A stretch of 64,000 nt of DNA from a virus (Duplodnaviria; Caudoviricetes), in the IMG/VR virus record IMGVR_UViG_3300043078_000170; one strand, given 5' to 3'. Below, piece after piece: positions 42,501 to 49,578 of this stretch; positions within the stretch are counted from its first letter, which is position 1, and every line of letters begins with the position of its first letter. Below the pieces are notes generated by a model. It was given only the letters and a program-made list of their open reading frames with translations. It searched no databases and was not told where the DNA came from. A program made the translations under genes and the position numbers.

Positions 42501-45171
42501 GATTGATGCTGTACTTGAATATATGGGTTATGATTCTGAAAAAATGAATTCTCTTAAATTTAAAGAATGCTCAGGTATTAAAGACTCTTCTGGTAATATT
42601 TCTACAGACTGGACTCTTATTGATAGCCCTGAACTAACTGATATTCAAGCAGGCGATATTTGTATTGTAAATAGTAACGGTAATCACCACGGTGAAATTG
42701 CTGCTGGTCCTATTGATGATAGTGGTACATTATATGGATTTAACTATGGTTGGGAAACAGGTATGAAAAGATCAAATGCTGCTGCAGCAGAAGCTTTAGC
42801 AGGCACTGATTATTTAACTGCTTGTATTAACAATAGTTCTACAATTAATGGGCATAAATATTATGACCGTATTATTAGATATAATGTTGCTACAACTACT
42901 AACTCTAATTCATCTTCTTCTGCTTCTGTATCAGCAGGTATGTCCGCAGATACATTCTTTATTAATGATTTAGGATTAGATTCTTCTAATCCAACATCTA
43001 GAGGATTCTCTGCACATAAAGGTACTGACTATAGAGCAGCTTCTGGTACAGCAGTTCATACGCCAACAGGCGGTACTGTTGTTAAAGCTACTAAGGATCA
43101 AGCATCTATTTCATCATCTATGGGTAGATATGTAATAATTAAAGATAATGATGGTAACTATTGGAGATATATGCATTTTAGTGCTATACCTTCTGTTGCT
43201 ACTGGAGATAGTTTAACACCTGGTCAGCTTATTGGTTATTCAGGTGGAGATACTAGTGACCCTTATAGAGGTGATTCTACTGGAGCACATCTTCACGTAG
43301 ACTTATCATCATCAAGCACAGTTGATGGCAAGAATAATAATATGATGGATGTACAAAAATATACTTTAACTGGTAAAGGTAGATCAAGTAATAATCATAT
43401 TTATCAAAGAGATTATTCTAATTATATTTATAATACCGATAAAGACTCTGAATTACAAACATTAGGTGACTCTGGTTGTGGACCTGCTGCAGCAACTGCT
43501 GTTAAAAGATATTATGTCGGAAGAGGTCTTAAGAAGTATGGTGGAGATAAAGAAGATGATACAACTACAACTGATACAACAACAGCAACTGCTTCTGAAG
43601 ATACAACTGATACAAATACTGCAACAGATAGTACAGCAGATGCATCTACAACACAAAAAACTGCAACTGTTGGTGAATCAGTAACAGTTGTTGATGAGAA
43701 ATTTAATCATACTTATGAATTAACTTTACAACAATGTCATATAGATGTATGGAATGGAATAAAAGCTGCAGGACTTACTGACGAAGCCGCTTGTGGTGTT
43801 TTAGGTAACTTTCTATCAGAATGTGGTAGTGGTGACTGGAATGAAGAAGTTGCTAAAGGTAAAACAGGTTATGGCGGTGGTCTTATGCAATGGACACCTT
43901 ATACTAAGCACCAAAATTGGTGTACTTCAAATGGTTATAGTGGTAAAGATACTACAATGGAAGCAAATATAGCTCATGTCGTTTATGCTTTACAAAATGA
44001 AGGTAACTTCTCAAATCCAGCAAGTGCTGATCCTTCTTTAGCTTCACAAGGTTATAATCCTGTAGGATCTTATGAAGAATTTAAAGCTTTAACTAGTGTA
44101 GAAGATGCTGCAGTTAACTATGAAAGAATTTATGAAGTATCATATAACTGGAATGGTAAAACTAGTGAAAATGCACATGCTCTTGAAGATTGGGAAATGT
44201 ATGATAGACCTAGAGTATATCACGCTATATGTTTCTATAATTTACTCTGTGGTACATATAAAGGTGGTACAACATCAGGTTCTACTTCTGCTGTTTCAGG
44301 AAATCTTGGTTTAACTGGTTATATTAATTTAATTACAGATAGTGCAGTTGATGGTTCTTCATTATCTAGCTATTTATCTGGTTCTAATATCTGGGATACA
44401 TCTTCAAGTTCATCTTCAGATAGTAGTGATGGTAGTACAGATAGTAGTACAACTTCAGCTGATAGTAATTCATCTTCAGGGTCTGGTAGAGGAAAACGAA
44501 GATTTGCTAGAAGTCATAAAAGAAATGGAAAAGGTAAATATGGTTTTGGTATTACAAGTGAAGATTCAGTAGGATTTGCTAATACACACTTCGTTGCAGC
44601 AGGTAGTGATGATGATTCTTCAACAGATAGCACAACTTCTTCAAGTAGTTCTTCTAGTGATAGTTCTTCATCAGCATCTCCTTCAAGTAGTTCTTCTTCA
44701 AGCAGTAGTAGCTCATCATTAAATAATACATCAAGCAGTAGTACAAATTCATCTAATAATAATAGTAGTAGTTCTTCAAGTAGTAGTACTCCTTCTACAA
44801 ATTCATCTAATAGTTCTTCATTAAGTGCAACAATAGATTCTTATATTAAAAATAAAATGACACTAACTGATGTAGATAGTAATGGTAATAAATCTTCAAC
44901 TACTAATATATATACTAGTGATAATAAAACTACTTTAACAACTAATGGTAAAACTACTATAGTAATTTGTAATAATTTTGCTGAAAAATCAACAACTGAT
45001 TTAAGTAATATATTAACTAATTTTAAACGTTTAAATGGAACACAAAACAATGCATTAAAAGTATTAAACGCTATTTCAGATTTAATTAAAGAAGAAAATA
45101 CTAGCGAAGATGGAATAACTAAATTAAGATTAGATAATGATGGATTAGATTATATATTAAAAGGATTATAA
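38164..45171 (+). CDS. Giant tail-associated lysin paralogue 2: shared N-terminus, NlpC/P60-like, M23 peptidase, C39-like N-half, phage tail lysozyme
   Basis: RPDCTG..AGDI..HGEI (42350-42890); HKGTD..YMH..STGAHLH (42950-43370); YQRD..GDSGCGPAA (43393-43510); AACGVLGNFLSEC..GLMQWT (43740-44260). Confidence 0.8.
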   Translation: MANMKSSKQTANQATNNLDPNMSKIAEQTSAIASSLSQQSSSIQALKDSISRKEASDEKSNKQITSSLQNSDKYILSINTNLKNMNQTISSMSSVVSNMTMNSSATVSLLGSIQTSLVQITSVLAAFRSDYLLVNSGNKADGTGYYDMNLLKEIGSSLRGVKSAELQRQINSIMKAANYANMASNSVRSKLGNKNMAKDGDEPTGAIDKLLGGLTQAKGLAGLGAFLQLAPGKGKVGKALNKIGGKAANFAQADTSSIGGLLESLMSDKQKAQILDPLKSLGMDLKGKNDPLSQILASFMDKNGLSKDKKEKEKDPNLVWSALAPFADDIKDMVEMSYEGVKKRPKAIPIYATPVWVVNSKDQNNYVDHSKGTNEKDLLNKRIDEIFQGVANNTKDKFGNDLLVDNGGTYSGVLADRYSKGKKAINARNELNDKRNAASKKVYNRNHEDSSWIDENGKIQKGGGDFKQAAEEFSGIAGKKYGPNGEISGGSGILGAAGSLLSGDTEGALNAALQSIMEGNGVSGAFGYGKGLFKMGKAAFGGIKGSHKGGKKGKGVDPRKKNDKNSYENRDETTNEHEVTPITAETTILNEKDTKEAKTNRDILTGQITVAGAINALVDMTTQENIYLSQAVNNGKVDPTKVKKYPSSFDSLIKLASSLKIDKAGLKAISQFKKVSDLTKVIKKPKNKTMTTSEYFYGKTPEELEEENNEKEGEEKKETPLEKLMNKINDKKKDITDKLKDKVTGKLKDKVMPKAKELGKKVLNKVENKFGMAAGSVGKKIKSMKDMKKNFEDKVDKKVDAALDKGMDLAAKGAKKVGGALVGLGKKMANKMKKKKDPNAELEKMYEDQLKAKRGVGEKEIEAAEYAVGAEKDAAEDAAAKEKETAQEISDEEKKAAEEREKTRKENEEKLKEKREQAQEQEIAHEQAAADAELAVKTTTAETEGAVQEAAATGESGFSITGAIKNAITKVSGLPLPAKIALGAAGVAAVGALGAKLIKKIKKMASGKGGKGSGDSGGSEAKASVSKDATKAAKKEQKKQEKEQKKQERKEKREKAKKKIKRGARSFLNRLTGGLTAAKVYVDENGDVLKSKGDQPIMMLDDNGDETDQTLNVKDSDGKKQFLKRLMKREFKIDKGKALKQTLNKIKNKAKEKIEAAKEKISEGKENAKSSLKKGLGIAGKIGLGLIGGPGALIAGGLAKKAIGGLTKKKNEKADKLNQLLLMSSSAYLFMDSKLQEQLENIENSDFGKLINENPQQASSLLFSTAASSLNSIISGVSDVTSDLSSVVSSLVDKVTGDDEETKAKSAYSSDLSDGSFSESATVAYAQMNERNNNNEVLNSFAKSIVGTASTASDNGNAMTTSKLVNSERKNNAVKIGVVDGVAGSSATASSGNGGAGVLAATAQVCVAYNNAGITGKEGDYNQDGLTLDINVGGQTINTRPDCTGLIDAVLEYMGYDSEKMNSLKFKECSGIKDSSGNISTDWTLIDSPELTDIQAGDICIVNSNGNHHGEIAAGPIDDSGTLYGFNYGWETGMKRSNAAAAEALAGTDYLTACINNSSTINGHKYYDRIIRYNVATTTNSNSSSSASVSAGMSADTFFINDLGLDSSNPTSRGFSAHKGTDYRAASGTAVHTPTGGTVVKATKDQASISSSMGRYVIIKDNDGNYWRYMHFSAIPSVATGDSLTPGQLIGYSGGDTSDPYRGDSTGAHLHVDLSSSSTVDGKNNNMMDVQKYTLTGKGRSSNNHIYQRDYSNYIYNTDKDSELQTLGDSGCGPAAATAVKRYYVGRGLKKYGGDKEDDTTTTDTTTATASEDTTDTNTATDSTADASTTQKTATVGESVTVVDEKFNHTYELTLQQCHIDVWNGIKAAGLTDEAACGVLGNFLSECGSGDWNEEVAKGKTGYGGGLMQWTPYTKHQNWCTSNGYSGKDTTMEANIAHVVYALQNEGNFSNPASADPSLASQGYNPVGSYEEFKALTSVEDAAVNYERIYEVSYNWNGKTSENAHALEDWEMYDRPRVYHAICFYNLLCGTYKGGTTSGSTSAVSGNLGLTGYINLITDSAVDGSSLSSYLSGSNIWDTSSSSSSDSSDGSTDSSTTSADSNSSSGSGRGKRRFARSHKRNGKGKYGFGITSEDSVGFANTHFVAAGSDDDSSTDSTTSSSSSSSDSSSSASPSSSSSSSSSSSSLNNTSSSSTNSSNNNSSSSSSSSTPSTNSSNSSSLSATIDSYIKNKMTLTDVDSNGNKSSTTNIYTSDNKTTLTTNGKTTIVICNNFAEKSTTDLSNILTNFKRLNGTQNNALKVLNAISDLIKEENTSEDGITKLRLDNDGLDYILKGL

Positions 45172-45177
45172 TAAAAA

Positions 45178-45210
45178 TAAGCTTAAAGGAATCCATTTCC
45201 TTTAAGCTTA
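45178..45210. terminator. Hairpin terminator after paralogue 2
   Basis: TAAGCTTAAAGGAA/TTCCTTTAAGCTTA. Confidence 0.65.
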
Positions 45211-45242
45211 TAATTAAATTTAAATTGAAGGGAGTAATTAAT

Positions 45243-46718
45243 ATGCCAGATAGTTTTACTGATACTTCTTCAGCTTTTGAAGGTACTGACTTAGAAACTG
45301 AAGGTTATGAAACTTTTTATTCAGAAGATAGTGAACATTCTAATGTTATTGATACTACTGATACACAAGATTCAGAAGGTCTTACGACAACTGGACAAGC
45401 TATGTCTTCTCATATGGTAACAACTTTAACAGGTTCAACATTTAAAGGTATGGTATATGGTTATGATAATAAAGTATTTGGAATGCCTTATAAATATACA
45501 ACTTTAGCAGATCCTTTAGCTAGAGTTTATCAATCTACTTTTGAATCAGATAATACTTGTATAGCATTTATTAAATTTGGAACACCTAATATTAATAGAC
45601 TTTTATATCAAAAAATGTCAGCCGATACTACTGATGCTGAAAATTCATCATTTGGTATTGGCTCTAGTATCATGCTAGGACTTAGATCTGCAGTAGACCC
45701 TGAGCATAAAGCCACGGATCAAAATTTAATTTCTTTTCATGAAGATATGTCTGAATTTATGAAATATGCTTCATCTTCATTATCACAAGTTTATACATTA
45801 TTAGACCTTCCAGGTTATTTCTCAGCAGATGATTCTTGGGATGTTTTTAATGATAATGGTTTTGCTTTTTATTGTGTAAAAACTGGTTCTTTTCAAGAAG
45901 GTGTTTCAAATACTTATACAGAGCCATCTATTATTTCAAGTATGAATGGTAAAGCTGCTGAAATGAGAGAAAATTATCAGTTATATGGTACTTATGGAAA
46001 TGTAGATACTGGTGGCTCAGCTACAAGTTGGTTAAATAATATTGCTACAGGTTTAGTTGAAAATATTACAAATATTATTGCAAGCCTTCCAGTTGTTGGT
46101 TCTGTAGCATCTGTATTTATGGCAACCAATAAAGGTTCTATGTCATATTATGGAAAAATATGGTCTGATTCTAAATCAGATAGATCAATATCAATGTCAT
46201 TTAAATTTAGAACACCATATGGTAATAAATATGATATATTTAGAAATGTATTATTTCCATTTTTATTATTACATACAGCAGCTATTCCAAAACAAGATGG
46301 TAGATATAGTTATCAAGAACCTTTTATGATACAAGTAGACTTTCCAGGATGGTTTAGAGTAAACTGTGGAGTAATTACTAATTTATCATGGGTCAAAGGT
46401 GGAGATAACCAACTATGGAATAGTGATGGATTACCATTAGAATTAAGTGTAACAATGGCTATTGAAGATTTATATCCTATTGAATTATCTTCAAAAAATA
46501 TGACTGTTATTGCTTATAATTATGGTTTATTATCATTTCTAGAAAATTTAGCAGGATTAACTACAAGTGAATGCTCATCCTTCTTAGGTGATGAAGCAAT
46601 GGGTATTTATATAAAACAAAATTTAGCTAAATATGGCGGAACAATAGGTGGATCAATTCATTCTTATATGAATGCAGCATTCCGTAGATTTACAGGTAGC
46701 TCTTTTATGGGTTTTTAA
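45243..46718 (+). CDS. Baseplate hub / tail-tube initiator-like protein
   Basis: RSISMSFKF..P..F...GVITNLSW..GG...W..DGLPLELSVTMAIEDL resembles the T4 gp48/gp54 tube-initiator pattern. Follows the tail lysins. Confidence 0.6.
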   Translation: MPDSFTDTSSAFEGTDLETEGYETFYSEDSEHSNVIDTTDTQDSEGLTTTGQAMSSHMVTTLTGSTFKGMVYGYDNKVFGMPYKYTTLADPLARVYQSTFESDNTCIAFIKFGTPNINRLLYQKMSADTTDAENSSFGIGSSIMLGLRSAVDPEHKATDQNLISFHEDMSEFMKYASSSLSQVYTLLDLPGYFSADDSWDVFNDNGFAFYCVKTGSFQEGVSNTYTEPSIISSMNGKAAEMRENYQLYGTYGNVDTGGSATSWLNNIATGLVENITNIIASLPVVGSVASVFMATNKGSMSYYGKIWSDSKSDRSISMSFKFRTPYGNKYDIFRNVLFPFLLLHTAAIPKQDGRYSYQEPFMIQVDFPGWFRVNCGVITNLSWVKGGDNQLWNSDGLPLELSVTMAIEDLYPIELSSKNMTVIAYNYGLLSFLENLAGLTTSECSSFLGDEAMGIYIKQNLAKYGGTIGGSIHSYMNAAFRRFTGSSFMGF

Positions 46719-46779
46719 ATAATATTAAAAATTATCAACTTTTAATTATTAATAAAAAAGAAAGGTGTGAATTTAAATT

Positions 46780-47367
46780 ATGTTTAGAATTCCTAGTAGT
46801 GCTTTACAGTACGAAAAATATATGAGATTATTAGAAGATGAACAACAAGCAGAAGATCCTAATGCAGCTCAAGATCCAAATGCCCAGCAACAAGCAGAAG
46901 ATCCTAATGCACAACAACCAATGGATGATGGTACACAAGGAGCAGGTGCAACTCAACCATCAGGTATTGAAAACGCTCAAACGCCAGAAGATGCTTATGA
47001 AGCAGGCTTAAAAGAAATTCAAAATACAATTGCTACAACAGGTAGAAAAAGATATCAAAGATATAAATTAAATGGTGGTAAAGATAGTTGGGAAATATTT
47101 AGAAAAAACCTTGAAGATTCTTTAAAGCAAGAACTTGAAGATGATTGCAAAGAGATGTATGGATATAACCCAGGAAAAACTACAGAAAAAGATATTTTAT
47201 TAATGATTAAGAATGGTATAGATCAATTAAATCAAGCTATGCAAGCAGGTATGGCACAGGATCAGCAACAAGCAGAAGATCCTAACGCACAACAAGCTAT
47301 GCAAGAAGCATATGATTATATTGCTGAAAGAAGTTATAGAAATTATATGAGAAAGAATAGATTCTAA
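46780..47367 (+). CDS. Gln-rich putative internal head protein with QQAEDPNA repeats
   Basis: Late-type promoter at 46737; repeats CAACAAGCAGAAGATCCTAA; LLE near the N-terminus. Confidence 0.65.
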   Translation: MFRIPSSALQYEKYMRLLEDEQQAEDPNAAQDPNAQQQAEDPNAQQPMDDGTQGAGATQPSGIENAQTPEDAYEAGLKEIQNTIATTGRKRYQRYKLNGGKDSWEIFRKNLEDSLKQELEDDCKEMYGYNPGKTTEKDILLMIKNGIDQLNQAMQAGMAQDQQQAEDPNAQQAMQEAYDYIAERSYRNYMRKNRF

Positions 47368-47383
47368 TAAGGAGGTAATTAAA

Positions 47384-48598
47384 TTGTTTACCACTTATAT
47401 GAATGAAAATATTTCTTTAACTGAAGAGATATATCCTATATTTATTTTACTAACAAGAGGAAAAAGTATTATTAGTGGACCAATTAGTAAAATAACTAAA
47501 TCTCCTTTTACACATTGTTCAATAAGTTTAGATCCTAAACTTAGATATTTCTATAGCTTTAATTTTTTAGATAAATTTAATCGAGGTTTTGTAAAGGAAA
47601 CTAGACAAAGCTTAACAAAAAATACAAATTCAACTAATATTTCAGTATTTTTTGTTAATAAAGAAATATATAAAAATATTAATAGAAATCTTAAATTTTT
47701 TAGTGATAATAAGGATAAAACTAAATATAGTTTTAAGAGATTATTTGAAGCAGCTTTTAATAAAGGAAAAGAAAAAAATCCTTATGAACAAGTATGTTCT
47801 TCATTTGTATATTCTATATTGAAAAATGCAGGTGTACAATTAGCTCCAGATAATATAAAATGTGTAAAACCTTCTGATATAGCAAAAACAGTAATTAACA
47901 ATAATAAATATATCTATGAAATTTTTGATGGTCCAATATTAGATTTAAATACAGATGATATTACATTAAAAATAGAAAAATTAAAAAACTCTTCTAAATC
48001 TAAATTATATAATCAAGATAAAATAGTTTTAGAAGAAAGCATCCATCCAGAAACTGTTGATCGTTCTAATTATGATAACTTTACTTTATATGGTTTATTT
48101 CATATTTATACTACTAATTTTTCTTTAAGAAATGATCCAAAATTTTTAGAGAATATGAAATGGGTTAAAGAACGTATAGAAGAAATTTGTAAAATGGCTG
48201 GATGGATAGCTTTTCCTTATGAACTAACTCTATGTGACACTTTTGATGATTTAAATGTATTTTATAATTATGAGGCTCCTATATGGGTAACAGGATTTAC
48301 ATATGGTGATAAAGTATATATGAAAGCACCAAATATTTATCCAGGTACTCTTTATTATAATGTAGTATTACATGAATGTATACATGTTCAAATATATTTA
48401 AATGAAAAAGTTAAAGGAAAATTTATTAGTAGAGAAGATGAAGAAGGAATGGCAGTTTTCTTTAGTACACCATTGGATGCTTGGCTTAGAGAACTTAATC
48501 ATGGTCCAAATTGGTATTATTATGAAAGTTCTATAAGAGTTCAAGATGATTTTATGCGTGGTGGAATGGAATATGTTAAAGAAAAACGATTTATTTAA
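47384..48598 (+). CDS. Two-peptidase fusion: permuted papain-like (YiiX-type NlpC/P60) + zincin (HExxH)
   Basis: SPFTHCSISLD (His before Cys) ... QVCSSFV ... KPSD; then VVLHECIH...EEG. Confidence 0.75.
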   Translation: MFTTYMNENISLTEEIYPIFILLTRGKSIISGPISKITKSPFTHCSISLDPKLRYFYSFNFLDKFNRGFVKETRQSLTKNTNSTNISVFFVNKEIYKNINRNLKFFSDNKDKTKYSFKRLFEAAFNKGKEKNPYEQVCSSFVYSILKNAGVQLAPDNIKCVKPSDIAKTVINNNKYIYEIFDGPILDLNTDDITLKIEKLKNSSKSKLYNQDKIVLEESIHPETVDRSNYDNFTLYGLFHIYTTNFSLRNDPKFLENMKWVKERIEEICKMAGWIAFPYELTLCDTFDDLNVFYNYEAPIWVTGFTYGDKVYMKAPNIYPGTLYYNVVLHECIHVQIYLNEKVKGKFISREDEEGMAVFFSTPLDAWLRELNHGPNWYYYESSIRVQDDFMRGGMEYVKEKRFI

Positions 48599-48604
48599 AT
48601 AATT

Positions 48605-49534
48605 ATGAAAGAGATGATTAATATGAATTATATAATTAAACAATATAAAATCCTTTCAGAATGTTATAGTAACCCTAATTTTTCAACTAAAGTATATTTA
48701 AGATTAATTAATGAAAATCCTAATTTAAATATTAGTCCTGAAGATTTTGATTGTATGATAGATGATATGTATAATAATTTTCTTAATGAAAATGCAGAAT
48801 ATATTGATGAATTTTTTTACTATAATGAAGGATTTTTTGGAAATATTGCTAAAAAAACTAAAAATATGGCTGGAAAAACTAAAAATAAATTTAGTGAAGT
48901 AAATCAAAAAAGAAAAGAAAAAATGGAAGAAAAGAAAAATGAAAGAAAACAAAGAAAAGAAGAAAGAAAAAATACTAGCAAAAAAATTAGTAAATCCGCT
49001 TCAAATATTGAAGAAGTTACAAATACTGCTAAAAGTGTTGCTAACAAAGCTGATAGTACTATGGATGATGTAAAAGGTGTAGCTTCTAATGTTAAATCAG
49101 CTACTGGTAAAGTAAATAGTGCTATGGATGATGTAAAAGGTGTTACTAATAAAGCTAATAATACTATGACTAATGTTCAGAATGCTTCTTCCGATGTTAA
49201 GAAAGTAACTAGAGATGCTGCTGAAATAACTAATGATGTAAATAAACGTTATAAAAATGCTACAAAGAAAATAGACAATACTAAGCAAAAGATTAAGAAA
49301 AATGGTAAAAAAGTAGCAATAGGTGGTGCTGCTGTAGGTGCTACAGCAATTACTGCTAAAATTATTTTAGACAAAAGAGATAGAAAAAGATATAATGAAT
49401 GGAAGGCTAAACATAAATCTAAAAGAGAATTAGTTACATTTAAACAATGGAAAGATTTAGGAAAGCCATTAAATGAAGATTTCATTCAAGGTTATAATGA
49501 TGCTATTGAATATTTAAATAATTTAGATTATTAA
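48605..49534 (+). CDS. Putative internal head protein with amphipathic repeats
   Basis: MDDVKGV repeats; FLNE/YYNE sites; C-terminal EDFIQGYNDAI motif. Confidence 0.6.
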   Translation: MKEMINMNYIIKQYKILSECYSNPNFSTKVYLRLINENPNLNISPEDFDCMIDDMYNNFLNENAEYIDEFFYYNEGFFGNIAKKTKNMAGKTKNKFSEVNQKRKEKMEEKKNERKQRKEERKNTSKKISKSASNIEEVTNTAKSVANKADSTMDDVKGVASNVKSATGKVNSAMDDVKGVTNKANNTMTNVQNASSDVKKVTRDAAEITNDVNKRYKNATKKIDNTKQKIKKNGKKVAIGGAAVGATAITAKIILDKRDRKRYNEWKAKHKSKRELVTFKQWKDLGKPLNEDFIQGYNDAIEYLNNLDY

Positions 49535-49541
49535 AAATAAA

Positions 49542-49571
49542 TAGAGTAAACAGAATATTCTGTTTACTCTA
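49542..49571. terminator. Bidirectional terminator (30-nt perfect palindrome)
   Basis: TAGAGTAAACAGAATATTCTGTTTACTCTA between convergent genes. Confidence 0.75.
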
Positions 49572-49578
49572 AATTTTA

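Noticed and set aside
37670-44830. CRISPR array or nucleotide tandem repeats in AGT/TCT-rich stretches
   Set aside because: These are Ser/Thr-rich protein linkers with no repeat-spacer periodicity; no cas genes are present.
33563-45050. Many short antisense or alternative-frame ORFs within the two giant genes (also 11261, 12599, 17474, 18097, 21158, 25268, 26677, 27976, 29335, 48398-49485, 54966, 55701, 58112)
   Set aside because: Shadows of low-complexity or biased codons; no RBS or promoter, and they overlap well-supported genes.
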